Shown here one piece after another: positions 9,903-21,085 of a stretch of DNA of 64,000 bases (the first letter of the stretch is position 1; each line of letters begins with the position of its first letter). The notes below the pieces were generated by a model. It was not told where the DNA came from. It saw nothing but the letters and a program-made list of their open reading frames with translations, and did no database searches. Source of the stretch: Bradymonadia bacterium (GTDB lineage Bacteria; Myxococcota_A; Bradymonadia; UBA7976; UBA1532); contig JBILLN010000007.1 of the NCBI GenBank assembly GCA_044376085.1, forward strand, positions 33,027 to 97,026, given 5' to 3'. The position numbers were made by a program, and so were the translations under genes.

Positions 9903-10835
9903 ATGACCAAGCTGCTGCAGACCCTCTTCGACGGGCTCGCCGTCGGGAGCCTCTACGCGTTGATCGCGCTGGGCTACACGATGGTCTACGGCATCCTGCA
10001 GTTCATCAATTTCGCCCACAGCGACGTCTTCATGACGGGGGCGTGGATTGCCTACGTGATCGCCGCGACGGCGGGCTGGGCCGCGCTGGGGGCCGAGGCG
10101 CCGCCGATCTACGCGGGCCTCTTCACGCTGTTCGCGTCGATGCTCTTCTGCGCCGTGCTCGGCTTCGGCATCGAGCGCCTCGCCTACCGACCGTTGCGCA
10201 AGGCGCCGCGTCTCAACGTCCTGATCACGGCCATCGGCATCTCGCTGTTTCTGGAGAACCTGGGGCAGCGACCGGAGCTCTTCGGCACCCAGCCGCAGAA
10301 AATGCCCCAGCTTCTGCCCGATACGACGCTCTTCACGATCGCCGACGTCAACTTCCGGATTGTCGACCTGACGGTCATCGCGGTCGCGCTGGCGTTGATG
10401 GCGGTGCTGCAGTGGCTCGTCTTCCACACGCGCCTCGGACGCGCGATGCGGGCGGTCTCGCACAACTTCTCCGTGGCCTCGCTCATGGGCATCAACGTCG
10501 ACGCGGTCATTTCCTTCACCTTCGTGGTGGGCTCGGCGATGGCCGCCGCGGCGGGCTTTCTCTATGTCATGAAGTACCCCGGTGCGCTCAAGCAGCCGGC
10601 GGACAGCACCTGGATCCTCCTGGGTCTGAAATGCTTCGTGGCGGCGGTCATCGGCGGCATCGGCAATGTCCGGGGGGCCATGCTCGGCGGCGTCCTCATC
10701 GGCATGATGGAGATGTTCGGGGCGGCCTATCTCTCCCCGCACATGCGCGATATTTACGTTTTCTCGCTGTTGATTATCGTGTTGCTGGTACGCCCGGCGG
10801 GGCTGCTGGGCCGCGCCACGGTGGAGAAGGTCTGA
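9903..10835 (+). CDS. livH: Branched-chain amino-acid ABC transporter permease LivH
   Basis: N-terminus LFDGLAVGSLYALIALGYTMVYG is a typical LivH start. Confidence 0.9.
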   Translation: MTKLLQTLFDGLAVGSLYALIALGYTMVYGILQFINFAHSDVFMTGAWIAYVIAATAGWAALGAEAPPIYAGLFTLFASMLFCAVLGFGIERLAYRPLRKAPRLNVLITAIGISLFLENLGQRPELFGTQPQKMPQLLPDTTLFTIADVNFRIVDLTVIAVALALMAVLQWLVFHTRLGRAMRAVSHNFSVASLMGINVDAVISFTFVVGSAMAAAAGFLYVMKYPGALKQPADSTWILLGLKCFVAAVIGGIGNVRGAMLGGVLIGMMEMFGAAYLSPHMRDIYVFSLLIIVLLVRPAGLLGRATVEKV

Positions 10836-11962
10836 TGCTCGGCGAGCGCGCCTCCGCCCTGCGTCCCGGGTACGGCTTCGTCCTGCCGCGGGCGCTCGGT
10901 CCGTTCGGTGCGTTCATCGCGCTGGCCTTCTTCATGCAACTCGTGGTGGTGCCCTGGGCCGGACCGTTCTACGAGAAGCTGCTGATGGACATCGGCATCA
11001 ACTGCCTGCTGGCGGTCTCGCTGAACCTGGTCAACGGCTTCACGGGCCAGTTCTCCATCGGGCACGCGGGGTTCATGGCCGTCGGCGGCTACGTCGCCGG
11101 TGCCGTGACCTACTACGGGTCTTTCGTGCTCTGGGGCAGCCCCGCCGTGCACGGCGGGTTTCTCGGAGGCGGGGACCTCCTCTTCCTGACGGGGTGCGTC
11201 GTGGGCGGCCTCGTCGCGGCGGGGGCCGGTTACCTGGTCGGCCTGCCGTCGCTCCGGCTGCGCGGCGACTACCTCGCCATCGTGACGCTCGGGTTCGGCG
11301 AGATCCTGCGCGTGCTGCTCCAGCAGACCAACGACGTCATCTTCGTCCCGGCCCAGATCGAAGCGGCCTCGGCGTGGCAGATGGCCACGGCGCTCGGCGG
11401 GGCCCTGGGGTTCAGCGGCATCCCGTTCTACACCACGGTCTTCTGGGTGTTCATCATGCTGGGGCTCCTGCTGATCGTGGCGTTTCGCCTCAAGGAGTCC
11501 AGCGAAGGACGGGCATTCCTGTCCATCCGCGAGAACGAGATCGCCGCCGAGGCCATGGGCATCGACACCACGCGGTACAAGGTCCGGGCGTTCGTGCTGG
11601 CGGCGTTCTTCGCCGGCATCGCCGGGGCGCTGTTCGCCCACGAAACGGGCACGACCCTGAACCCGCGCGAGCTCGGTTTCCAGAAGAGCTTCGACATCGT
11701 GATCATGGTGGTGCTCGGTGGCATGGGGTCCATCTCCGGGGCCTTGCTCGCGGCGGTGCTGCTCACGGTCCTGCCCGAGTTCCTGCGCGAGTTCGCGGAC
11801 TGGCGGCTGGTCATCTACGCGCTCTCGTTGATCGTCATGATGCGGTTCCGGCCGCAGGGTCTCTTCGGCATCCGCGAGATCTGGGAGTTGGGGCGCAAGA
11901 CGCCACCTTCTCCGGACAGGACGCCGTCGTCGGGTTCGCCGCCCGTGGGCGGTGCCCCATGA
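10835..11962 (+). CDS. livM: Branched-chain amino-acid ABC transporter permease LivM
   Basis: ATGA overlap with the livH stop; LivM-type permease motifs. Confidence 0.85.
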   Translation: MLGERASALRPGYGFVLPRALGPFGAFIALAFFMQLVVVPWAGPFYEKLLMDIGINCLLAVSLNLVNGFTGQFSIGHAGFMAVGGYVAGAVTYYGSFVLWGSPAVHGGFLGGGDLLFLTGCVVGGLVAAGAGYLVGLPSLRLRGDYLAIVTLGFGEILRVLLQQTNDVIFVPAQIEAASAWQMATALGGALGFSGIPFYTTVFWVFIMLGLLLIVAFRLKESSEGRAFLSIRENEIAAEAMGIDTTRYKVRAFVLAAFFAGIAGALFAHETGTTLNPRELGFQKSFDIVIMVVLGGMGSISGALLAAVLLTVLPEFLREFADWRLVIYALSLIVMMRFRPQGLFGIREIWELGRKTPPSPDRTPSSGSPPVGGAP

Positions 11963-12761
11963 CGGCGCCCCTGCTCGATGTCCGGGCGATCTCCATCGCG
12001 TTCGGGGGCCTCAAGGCGGTGACCGACTTCTCGCTCTCGCTGGCCCCCGGTGACCTTCAAGGTCTCATCGGCCCGAACGGCGCGGGCAAGACGACGGTCT
12101 TCAACCTGCTCACGGGCGTCTACCGGCCGCAGACGGGGGAGATCCGCCTGGCCGGCCAGCGCGTCGACGGCCTCAAACCCAACCGGATTGCTGCTGCCGG
12201 CCTCGCCCGGACATTTCAGAACATCCGCCTCTTCGGCGACCTCACGGTGCTGGACAACGTGCGCGTGGCCTGTCACCTCCGGGCCGAGACCGGGCTGGCG
12301 GCCGCCATCTTCCGCACCCGCGCCCACTACGGAGAAGAGGCCGCCATCCGCGAGCGCGCCCAGGCGCTGCTGGAGATCTTCGGCCTGTCGCACCGTGCGG
12401 GGGAATACGCGCGGAACCTGCCGTACGGCGACCAGCGCCGGCTCGAGATTGCCCGTGCGCTGGCGACGGGGCCCAAGGTGCTGCTGCTGGACGAACCCGC
12501 GGCCGGCATGAACCCGCAGGAGAAGCGGGCGCTGGCCGAGCTCATCGCCCTGGTGCGGCGGCAATTCGGACTGACCGTGCTGCTCATCGAGCACGACATG
12601 GGGCTGGTCATGAACATCTGCGAGGCGATCACCGTCATCGACCACGGGGTGACCATCGCGCGGGGTACGCCCGCTCAGGTCCAGGCGGACCCCGCGGTCA
12701 TCGAGGCGTACCTGGGCGCGCCGGACGAGCCGGTGACCGGCGCGACGGGGGAGGGGGCCTG

Positions 12762-12762
<1 letters not shown>
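11959..12762 (+). CDS. livG: Branched-chain amino-acid ABC transporter ATP-binding protein LivG
   Basis: Walker A GPNGAGKTT; signature LSGGQ-like; overlapping start with the livM stop. Confidence 0.9.
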
Positions 12763-13475
<713 letters not shown>

Positions 13476-13565
13476 GCGGCGACGGCGCACACGGCGCTGG
13501 GGTTCTCGCACGCATGGTCGATGTTCGTCGGGAACCCGGCGCGCGGCCGGACACCCTCGACTTGC

Positions 13566-13603
13566 AATCAACCGCATATTCCGACCAGAATATGCGTAAT
13601 TGA
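13566..13603. promoter_or_regulatory. AT-rich palindromic operator-like site (CGCATATTC-N6-GAATATGCG) 15 nt upstream of the TauE/SafE start
   Basis: Perfect 9-bp inverted repeat with flanking partial symmetry (CAATCAA / TTGATTC) in an otherwise ~70% GC region. Confidence 0.4.
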
Positions 13604-13616
13604 TTCGGAGGCGCCC

Positions 13617-14594
13617 GTGAACCTTGATCCCGCCCTCGCGCTTGCCGGCCTGCCCATCGGCCTGATCGTCGGGCTCACGGGCATGGGGGGCGGCGCGTTG
13701 CTGACACCGATGCTGGTGCTGGGGTTCGGGATCGACCCGCTGACGGCCGTGTCGAGCGACCTCGTGGCGTCGCTTTGCATGAAGCCGGTCGGCGGGGCGG
13801 TTCACCTGCGCCACGGGACGGTGCGGACCGATGTCGTCCGGTGGTTGATGCTCGGCTCCATCCCGACCGCGTTCCTCGGGGTGCTGATTCTGACTTCGCT
13901 GCTCGGCGGCAACGGTGCGGCGATGAAGACGCTGCTCGGTGGGGCGCTCCTGTTGGTGCTCGGTTCGATGATCGTCCGGCGCGCGTTCGGCCCGCGACGC
14001 CCGGTCGAAGCGGACGATCGCGCCGTGGCACCCCGGCCCTGGGCGACGCTCCTGGCGGGTGCGCTCGGCGGGCTGGTCGTGGGCCTGACCTCGGTCGGCT
14101 CGGGCTCGCTGATCATCGCGGCCCTGATGATCGTCTATCCGCGCATGAGTATGCGGTCGCTCGTCGGCACGGATCTCGTGCAGGCGGTCCCGCTCGTCGG
14201 CTCCGCGGCGCTGGCCCATCTTCTGTTCGGCGACGTCCACCTGGGCCTGACGGCGTCGTTGCTGCTCGGCAGCATCCCCGGGGTGTACCTCGGCGCCCGG
14301 TTCTCCACGAAAGCGTCGGATACCGTGCTGAAGCCGGTCATCATGGTCCTGCTGACGGCGTCAGGGGCCAAACTGCTCGGGGCGGGCAATCCCGAGACGC
14401 TCCTCGCGGCGTCGGCGATGGCGGCCTATGCCGCGGGGGCGTTGGTCAGCGACCGGCGCCGGCTCGCGCGCTACCTGGCCGAGCAGCCCGGTCCCGAGGC
14501 GGCCCCCCTCGCGCCGAACGCCCCGCTCCCCGACATGGGCACACCGGCTCCGACGCGTCCGTCCGTGGGTGACGTGACCGAGCCCGTGACCTGA
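13617..14594 (+). CDS. TauE/SafE (DUF81) family sulfite/anion exporter-like membrane protein
   Basis: GTG start preceded by GGAG; tandem 4-TM halves with GxGGG motifs (LTGMGGGALLTPMLV). Confidence 0.75.
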   Translation: MNLDPALALAGLPIGLIVGLTGMGGGALLTPMLVLGFGIDPLTAVSSDLVASLCMKPVGGAVHLRHGTVRTDVVRWLMLGSIPTAFLGVLILTSLLGGNGAAMKTLLGGALLLVLGSMIVRRAFGPRRPVEADDRAVAPRPWATLLAGALGGLVVGLTSVGSGSLIIAALMIVYPRMSMRSLVGTDLVQAVPLVGSAALAHLLFGDVHLGLTASLLLGSIPGVYLGARFSTKASDTVLKPVIMVLLTASGAKLLGAGNPETLLAASAMAAYAAGALVSDRRRLARYLAEQPGPEAAPLAPNAPLPDMGTPAPTRPSVGDVTEPVT

Positions 14595-14601
14595 GCCACC
14601 G

Positions 14602-16215
14602 CTACCAGACGCGCTCGAGGCGTGTGCCGGGAAAGTAGTGCTGCAGGATCTGGCGGACGTCGCGACCGGCGTTGGCCTGGCCGATGGCGCCGTGCTGACA
14701 GAGTCCGATGCCGTGCCCGTACCCGGCACCCGTCAGCCGCCACGCGGTCGCTTCGCCCCCGGGCGGACCCTCGCGGACGAGCGTGAACAACGAGCTCTTG
14801 AGTCCGCCGAAGAGCCGGCGGATGGCGGACTCGCCCTCGAGGCGGTGCGTGCCTCGGGCGCCGACGATCTCCAGGCCCAGGACCCGACCGCTTCGACCCT
14901 GGCGCACGACGCGCAGCTCGGTGACCGGGCCCAAAGGATGCAGTCGGTTGGCGCGCTCCGTGACCGCCCGCCCGGAGACGCGGGACGCCCAACGGTACAC
15001 GCCGTTCCGGCGGCCGCTCGAAGCACACCACGCCTCACCCGAGCCGTCACGGGTGTCGTCGACCCCGCCCAGACCCGCTCGTGCCTCCCCGCCCCAGGCG
15101 ACGTCCCAGGCCTCGGTGCGGCCGCCGCAGGCCGAGTGATACACCGTGTCCACGAGGCCGCCCCGGGCCGAGACGAGGACGAGCCCGCGAGTGTCCCGAA
15201 CCGCGGCGTTCGTTGCGGGGGTGGCGCGCCCCTGCCCGCCGTGTGCCTGACAGTGCCAGCGGTTGCACAGCATGAAGGGGTCGCCCCGGTGTTTCAGGCC
15301 GAGTTTCGCGAGGAACTGGCCGCGCGCGACGACGGCCTGCGCGGCGAGGGCGGCGGTCGGCGCGCTCGGAAACGTCTCCGAGGGAACGACGCTCTCGAGC
15401 AGGACCTCGGCGCTCGCGAGGTTGCCGAGCACGAGGCGTCCATCGGTGCCGACGGTCAGATAGAGCTCGCCGGCGAAGCGCGCCGGCGCCCCGTCGTCGA
15501 CGCGCACCTCCGTCGGGGTGCCGCCCTCGGGTCGGACCCAGAGCAGGTCCCGCGCGACGAGCTCGAACCCTCGGTTGGGGTCCCGAGCGGTCAGGACGCC
15601 CCCCGGGCGCACGACCACCTCGGTGTAGGCGTCCCCCCCGACGTACCCCGCGGCCCGCGCCCGGGACAATCCACGCCGGGCCTCGGCGGGCGTTTCGCCC
15701 GGAGAAACGGCCAGCGTGATCGTCCGGGTGTCGAAGAGGCGGCCGGCGGCACCCGCCAGCGCCCCGGCCTCGAACAGGGCGGTCTCGACCCCCGCTTCGA
15801 CGAAGCGGGCGCGGGCTGCGGCCCCGGCGCCGAGGCGCGACGGTGTGAAGCGTTCGGCGACGAGCCAGTGGCGGCGACGCGCCTGGCGGGCGTCCGCGAG
15901 CGTGACGGTCAGCGTGGTCTCGGGGGACACGCGCATCGAGAACGCTTCCTCGCCCTCGGCGAGCAACGTCAGGGCGATGGGGCTGCGCAGCGTCACCGCG
16001 CGGGCGTGCTCGGCGAGGCCCACCGTGACCATGGGCTCACCGGTCCGGTCGAAGAGCAGGCGGTGCGCGTGCAGCGCCTCGATCCGCTCGTGGCGCTCCG
16101 CAGGCGCGTGGGGTACCCCTTGCGCGGCCGCGTCGACCGCCGTCGACGCGAGGATGAAGAGCAGAGTCGGCGCCAGACCGAGGGCCAGGGCGCTCCGATG
16201 GGCGTCGGGCGGCAC
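14602..16215 (-). CDS. SpoIID/LytB domain protein (amidase enhancer-like)
   Basis: Signal peptide; C-terminal GYGHGIGLCQHGA motif typical of the SpoIID/LytB domain. Confidence 0.75.
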   Translation of the reverse strand: MPPDAHRSALALGLAPTLLFILASTAVDAAAQGVPHAPAERHERIEALHAHRLLFDRTGEPMVTVGLAEHARAVTLRSPIALTLLAEGEEAFSMRVSPETTLTVTLADARQARRRHWLVAERFTPSRLGAGAAARARFVEAGVETALFEAGALAGAAGRLFDTRTITLAVSPGETPAEARRGLSRARAAGYVGGDAYTEVVVRPGGVLTARDPNRGFELVARDLLWVRPEGGTPTEVRVDDGAPARFAGELYLTVGTDGRLVLGNLASAEVLLESVVPSETFPSAPTAALAAQAVVARGQFLAKLGLKHRGDPFMLCNRWHCQAHGGQGRATPATNAAVRDTRGLVLVSARGGLVDTVYHSACGGRTEAWDVAWGGEARAGLGGVDDTRDGSGEAWCASSGRRNGVYRWASRVSGRAVTERANRLHPLGPVTELRVVRQGRSGRVLGLEIVGARGTHRLEGESAIRRLFGGLKSSLFTLVREGPPGGEATAWRLTGAGYGHGIGLCQHGAIGQANAGRDVRQILQHYFPGTRLERVW

Positions 16216-16322
16216 GGCGTCGGAGTGTAGTGCCGGCCGCGGGCCGATGGAAAACCCCGTGCAGGCAGCCCGGCCGCGCTGTACGGTGCCGGCAACCCCT
16301 CCGCGAGACGAGCCGACCCGCC

Positions 16323-17033
16323 GTGATCGACCTGAAGACCGTGTCCAAGACCTACGGCGAGGGGGCGACGCGCGTCGAAGCCCTCGTGGACGTCGACCTG
16401 CACATCCCCGCCGGACAGTTCGTGAGCATCATGGGCCCGTCGGGCTCGGGCAAGTCGACCCTGCTCAACCTGGTCAGCGCGCTCGACGTCCCGAGCGCCG
16501 GGCGCATCACCATCGACGGCCAGGACATCGGAACGCTCGACGACGACGCTCTGACGCTGTTCCGGCGTCGCAAGATCGGCCTGATCTTCCAGTTCTTCAA
16601 CCTGCTGCCCACGTTGAACGCCACGGACAACGTGCTGTTGCCCGTCATGCTGGAGCGGACGGTCGGTGCTCGGGACCGCGAGCGGGCGCTGTCGATTCTG
16701 GCGGACGTCGGGCTCGGTCGGCGGGCGCATCACCGGGTCCACGAGCTCTCCGGGGGCGAGATGCAGCGGGTGGCCATCGCCCGGTCGCTCATCCTCGAAC
16801 CGCGCCTGATTCTGGCGGACGAGCCGACGGGCAATCTGGATTCCACCACCGGTCGAGCCATCCTCGACCTCTTGAAGAAGACGGCGCGGGACCACGGCAC
16901 GACCGTGGTGATGGTCACGCACGACCGGACGGCGGCCGAGGCCGGCGATCGCCTGGTGCTCCTCCGCGATGGACGCCTCGAGGGGGACCGGCCGGTGGGC
17001 CGGGCCGCCGAAACCTCCAGTGGGGCGGTCTGA
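16323..17033 (+). CDS. ABC transporter ATP-binding protein, LolD/MacB family
   Basis: Walker A GPSGSGKST; LSGGEMQRVAIARS; Walker B ILADEPTGNLD; GTG start trimmed to VIDLKTVSKTYG. Confidence 0.85.
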   Translation: MIDLKTVSKTYGEGATRVEALVDVDLHIPAGQFVSIMGPSGSGKSTLLNLVSALDVPSAGRITIDGQDIGTLDDDALTLFRRRKIGLIFQFFNLLPTLNATDNVLLPVMLERTVGARDRERALSILADVGLGRRAHHRVHELSGGEMQRVAIARSLILEPRLILADEPTGNLDSTTGRAILDLLKKTARDHGTTVVMVTHDRTAAEAGDRLVLLRDGRLEGDRPVGRAAETSSGAV

Positions 17034-17034
17034 G

Positions 17035-19695
17035 GTGGGGCGCCTCTTCCGGGCCTTGGGGCGTGCCTTCACCGGCTCTTTGCTCGCGCTGGTCCATCTG
17101 GCGGCGCTGGCCCTTTCGCCGTGGCGCATCGGCCGTCTGCTGCGCACCGTGAGCCTGCCGCGGTTCCACGAGCACGGCCTGCGGACGGCATTGACGGTCC
17201 TCGGCATTGCGCTGGGCGTGGCGATGCTCGTCTCCGTCGTGCTGGTGAACCGGTCGATTCTGCGCAGCTTCGCCGACACGCTCGACGATATCTCCGGCAA
17301 GGCCGATCTGGAGGTCACCGCCGCATCCGGCTTCGAGGAGACCGTGCTGGACACCGTGCGGGGCGTCCCGGGGGTCACGCACGCCACGCCCGTCGTCCAG
17401 GAGACCGCCTTGATGCGCCTGCCGCAGGCCCCGGGCGAGCGTCTCCTGATCATCGGCGTCGACTTCCTCGGCGAGGACGACGAGCACTTCCGGCGCTACG
17501 ACTCGACGGAGATGCGCGCGATCAAGGAAGACCCCATCGCCTTCCTGAACGCCAGCACCCACCTGATCGTCAGTCGGGCGCTGGCGGATCGTTTCGGCCT
17601 GAAGCTGAAGGACACCCTGCCCGTTCAGACGCCCACCGGGGTCCAGCAGTTCCAGATTTGGGGCTTCATCGAGGACGAGGGCGTGGGCCGTGCGTTCGGG
17701 GGCAATATCGCGGTGATGTACTACCAGGCGATGCAGGTGGCCTTCGACAAGGGCACGCGCATCGACCGGGTGGACGTGGCCATCGACCCGGCGCAGGAGG
17801 GGGAGGCCGTCGCGAGCGCCTTGCGCGCGGCCCTCGGGCCCGGTTTCGAAGCCGCGCGACCGGAGCGGCGCAATACACAGGTCGCCCAGATGCTCGGCGG
17901 GCTGAACCTCGCCCTCACCATGGGCAGCCTGGTGGCCATCCTGGTCGGCATGTTCCTCATCTACAACACGATGAGCATCAGTGTGGTCCAGCGAAAGCGC
18001 GAACTGGGCATTCTCCGGGCGCTGGGCACGACACGACGTCAGATTCTGGTGCTCTTTACCCTCGAGGGCTTCCTGCTCGGCTGTGTGGGGTCGGTCCTGG
18101 GGGTCGGATTGGGCCTCTTTCTCGCCCGGGGCATGCTCGGTGTCATCACGGCATCGGTGAACGAAATCTACCTCCAGGTCGCCGCCACGGATGTCCACGT
18201 GGATCCGCTGCTGCTGCTCGCCGGCGGAGCGTTGGGCATTCTCGGGGCCGTTGCCTCCGCATTCGTCCCCGCGCGGGAGGCGACGCGGATCAGCGCGGTC
18301 GAGACGCTGCGGACCGGTCACGCACCGCGGCACCTGCCCCCGGGTCTGCGCCGGACGGATCTCGCGGCGGTGGGGCTCGTTCTCGCGGCGGTGGGGGCCC
18401 GCCTCGTCCCGACGATCGACGGTCAGCCCTACGGGCCGTACGCGGCCACGGTGCTGCTGCTCTTGGCCGTGGCGCTGGCGATGCCCCGAATCATCGGGGG
18501 GGTGCACCGCGTGCTCGCGGGTCCGGCCGAACGCTTCTTCGGCGTGGAGGCCCGGCTGGCCAACGACAACGTGCCGCGGGATCTCCGGCGTGCAACGATC
18601 ACCGCCGGCGCACTCATGGTCGGCGTGTCGCTCACCGTGGCGTTCGGGTGTTTCCTGGAGAGCTTCAAGGTGTCGACACTGACCTGGGTCGCTCAGACCG
18701 TGCCGGCCGACCTCTTCGTCACGAGCGGCGCCCGGTTCGGCGGCGTCAAGAACACGCCGATGGCGGACACGATCCGGGGGGACCTGGCGGCACTGCCCGG
18801 CGTGGCCGAAGTGGACCGCATCCGGCTCGTGAACATCGTCTACCGCGAGCTGCCCATCAAACTGCTCTCGGCCGGCCTGGAGATCTTCAGCAAGCATTCG
18901 CACATGACCTTCCTGCAGGGCGACGCGGAGACCAGCGTCCCCGCCGTACTGCGGGGTGACGTGATGGTGTCCGAGAATCTGGCGCGTCGCTTCGATCTGA
19001 AAGTCGGCGATACGCTGCGACTGGCCTCACCGAAGGGGGAGAAGGCGTACCGGCTCGCCGGGGTCATCCTCGACTACACGAGCGACCAGGGCACCATCAT
19101 CATGGACCGCGAGACGATGGTGCGGGATTGGGACGATGCCCGGGTCGACACCTACGAGCTTTACCTGACGGAAGGCACGGATCCCGAGGCGGTCAAGCGC
19201 GAGGTCGAGGCGCGTTTCGGCGAGTCGCTCAACCTGTACGTTCTGACGGCGCGCGACTTCCGGGGGGAGCTCGAGAAGGTGCTGGACCAGACGTTCGCCG
19301 TCATGAGCGCGCTGGAACTCGTGGCGCTCATCATCGCGGTCCTCGGCGTGGTCAACGCGCTGCTCGCGACCGTCATCGACCGCATCCGGGAACTCGGGGT
19401 GCTGCGAGCGATCGGCATGCTGCGGCGTCAGGTGCGCCGGATGGTCATGCTCGAGGCCGGCATTCTGGGGATCAGCGCCGTGCTGGGCGGAATCGTGGCC
19501 GGCCTGGCGCTGGCGTGGGTGCTGACCAACGACATCTTCCTGGCGCAGTCGGGCTGGTACATCTCGATGCTCGTACCGGTGCTGCCGATGGTGCAGCTCG
19601 CCTTCGCGGTGGTGGGGGTCTCCACGCTGGCCGGCTGGTATCCGGCGAGGGCTGCGGCGCAGCTCGTCGTGAGCGACGCCCTCGAGTACGAGTGA
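17035..19695 (+). CDS. ABC transporter permease with two FtsX domains (YbbP-like, ~886 aa)
   Basis: Start immediately after the ATPase stop; two repeats of 4-TM FtsX modules with large periplasmic loops. Confidence 0.8.
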   Translation: MGRLFRALGRAFTGSLLALVHLAALALSPWRIGRLLRTVSLPRFHEHGLRTALTVLGIALGVAMLVSVVLVNRSILRSFADTLDDISGKADLEVTAASGFEETVLDTVRGVPGVTHATPVVQETALMRLPQAPGERLLIIGVDFLGEDDEHFRRYDSTEMRAIKEDPIAFLNASTHLIVSRALADRFGLKLKDTLPVQTPTGVQQFQIWGFIEDEGVGRAFGGNIAVMYYQAMQVAFDKGTRIDRVDVAIDPAQEGEAVASALRAALGPGFEAARPERRNTQVAQMLGGLNLALTMGSLVAILVGMFLIYNTMSISVVQRKRELGILRALGTTRRQILVLFTLEGFLLGCVGSVLGVGLGLFLARGMLGVITASVNEIYLQVAATDVHVDPLLLLAGGALGILGAVASAFVPAREATRISAVETLRTGHAPRHLPPGLRRTDLAAVGLVLAAVGARLVPTIDGQPYGPYAATVLLLLAVALAMPRIIGGVHRVLAGPAERFFGVEARLANDNVPRDLRRATITAGALMVGVSLTVAFGCFLESFKVSTLTWVAQTVPADLFVTSGARFGGVKNTPMADTIRGDLAALPGVAEVDRIRLVNIVYRELPIKLLSAGLEIFSKHSHMTFLQGDAETSVPAVLRGDVMVSENLARRFDLKVGDTLRLASPKGEKAYRLAGVILDYTSDQGTIIMDRETMVRDWDDARVDTYELYLTEGTDPEAVKREVEARFGESLNLYVLTARDFRGELEKVLDQTFAVMSALELVALIIAVLGVVNALLATVIDRIRELGVLRAIGMLRRQVRRMVMLEAGILGISAVLGGIVAGLALAWVLTNDIFLAQSGWYISMLVPVLPMVQLAFAVVGVSTLAGWYPARAAAQLVVSDALEYE

Positions 19696-19722
19696 CGCCG
19701 CGGGCGACCGCGAGGGCGGCCG

Positions 19723-20376
19723 TCAGGGCTGCGAGACGATGCCTTTGACCTGAGCGTAGTCCTCCGGGTGGATGGAGCCCACCCGGACGCAGCGCACGTT
19801 CTGCGCCGGATCCACCAGGATGTGGATGGGAATGGCGGCGGTCTTGTCCAGGCCGACGCCCTCGACGAAGGTCGCGAAGTCGGCATCGGACGCCACCCAG
19901 CGGGCCGCGCCGGGCAGACCGTTCTGCACGCGGGCGCGAAGGGCGTCCTCGTCGGAGCCCGCGTCGATGCTCCACAGCTCCATGTTGACCGGCAGGCCAT
20001 CCTTGGCGAGGGCCTCCCCCCATCGGCCGAAGAGACCCATCTCCTCGACGCAGGGCTTGCACCAGGTCGCCCAGAGATTGACGTACGTCCAGCCCGGACC
20101 GCGGGCGGGCGGCGGCTTGACCCCCGGGATGGGTCGCTCCGCCGGCGCCTTGAACGGCTTCTCGCCCGGCTTGTACAGCTTCTCGCAGAAGCTCGCGCCC
20201 GGCTGTGGTCCGCTCGCGTTGGCCTGCGCCTTGGGCGCGATCTTGACGCTGTCGGTGCGCGAGATCTTCTCCTCCGGGGGTCGCGGCGCGTCGCCGCCGC
20301 CGCTGCAAGCGCCCGTTGCGAGGCTCAGGGCGAGCGCGAGGCCGGCAGGTATCGAGCGTCGGGGGTCAGATCGCAC
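19723..20376 (-). CDS. TlpA-like periplasmic thiol:disulfide oxidoreductase lipoprotein (thioredoxin fold)
   Basis: WATWCKPC CxxC motif; lipobox LATGAC; start uncertain (GTG at 20376 or ATG at 20487). Confidence 0.7.
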   Translation of the reverse strand: MRSDPRRSIPAGLALALSLATGACSGGGDAPRPPEEKISRTDSVKIAPKAQANASGPQPGASFCEKLYKPGEKPFKAPAERPIPGVKPPPARGPGWTYVNLWATWCKPCVEEMGLFGRWGEALAKDGLPVNMELWSIDAGSDEDALRARVQNGLPGAARWVASDADFATFVEGVGLDKTAAIPIHILVDPAQNVRCVRVGSIHPEDYAQVKGIVSQP

Positions 20377-21085
20377 AGTCGATCCAGGCCACGAAGGCGG
20401 TGCGGTTGATCTCTTTCTCGGTGCAGGGCTCGTCGGTTCCGGTCCGGCTCCGCTGCCAGCCGCAGAATTCGGTGCCGAGCTGCGCAAAGCTCTCGCCGAG
20501 CCAGAGCAGGCCCACTTCCTTCTTCAGATCGGGGTCGCGGAACTTCTTCTCGAGGTGCTGGAGCACCGACTCGGCGCGTTTCGCCGAGAGCTCTTCGTTC
20601 TTCTTGGTGTCGCCGTCGGAGCTGGCCCGCGCCACCACGAAGAAGAAGCTCGCGCCGCGCTGGTCTGCCCAGGCCTTCTCGAGCTGCGTCTGTGCGGCCG
20701 GATCGAGCTCGGTCACGAGCGGATCGAACTGGATGATGTGGGCGCGCTGCGAAAGGGGCAGGAACAGGGCGTTGAAGTCCTCGCCGGAGAGCGAGGCGAC
20801 GCTGGCGGCCTGCATGGGCTGACAGCCGCGCCCGCCTTCGCCGCCAGCGCCCAGCAACCCGCAAGCGCCGGCAACCCGACGGACGATGGCCTTGAGCTGC
20901 GGCGTGCAGTACTGGTCCTCCGCCATGGCGGCCACCGGCACGTCGCTCGGTTTGGCGGCCATCGCGGCGCGGTTCTCTTTGTAGCGGGCCTCGGCGTCGC
21001 CGAGCCAGCCGCTGACCTTGGCCGAAGGGACGATCAGCGCGACTGCCGCCACGCCGACTTTGAGGGCGATGTCGTTGATCTTCAT
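20366..21085 (-). CDS. Secreted or anchored protein with a degenerate OmpA-like C-terminal domain
   Basis: ATG preceded by GGGAGG; N-terminal anchor MKINDIALKVGVAAVALIV; region ...ARASSDGDTKKNEELSAKRAESVLQHL resembles the OmpA-C peptidoglycan-binding motif. Confidence 0.5.
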   Translation of the reverse strand: MKINDIALKVGVAAVALIVPSAKVSGWLGDAEARYKENRAAMAAKPSDVPVAAMAEDQYCTPQLKAIVRRVAGACGLLGAGGEGGRGCQPMQAASVASLSGEDFNALFLPLSQRAHIIQFDPLVTELDPAAQTQLEKAWADQRGASFFFVVARASSDGDTKKNEELSAKRAESVLQHLEKKFRDPDLKKEVGLLWLGESFAQLGTEFCGWQRSRTGTDEPCTEKEINRTAFVAWIDCAI

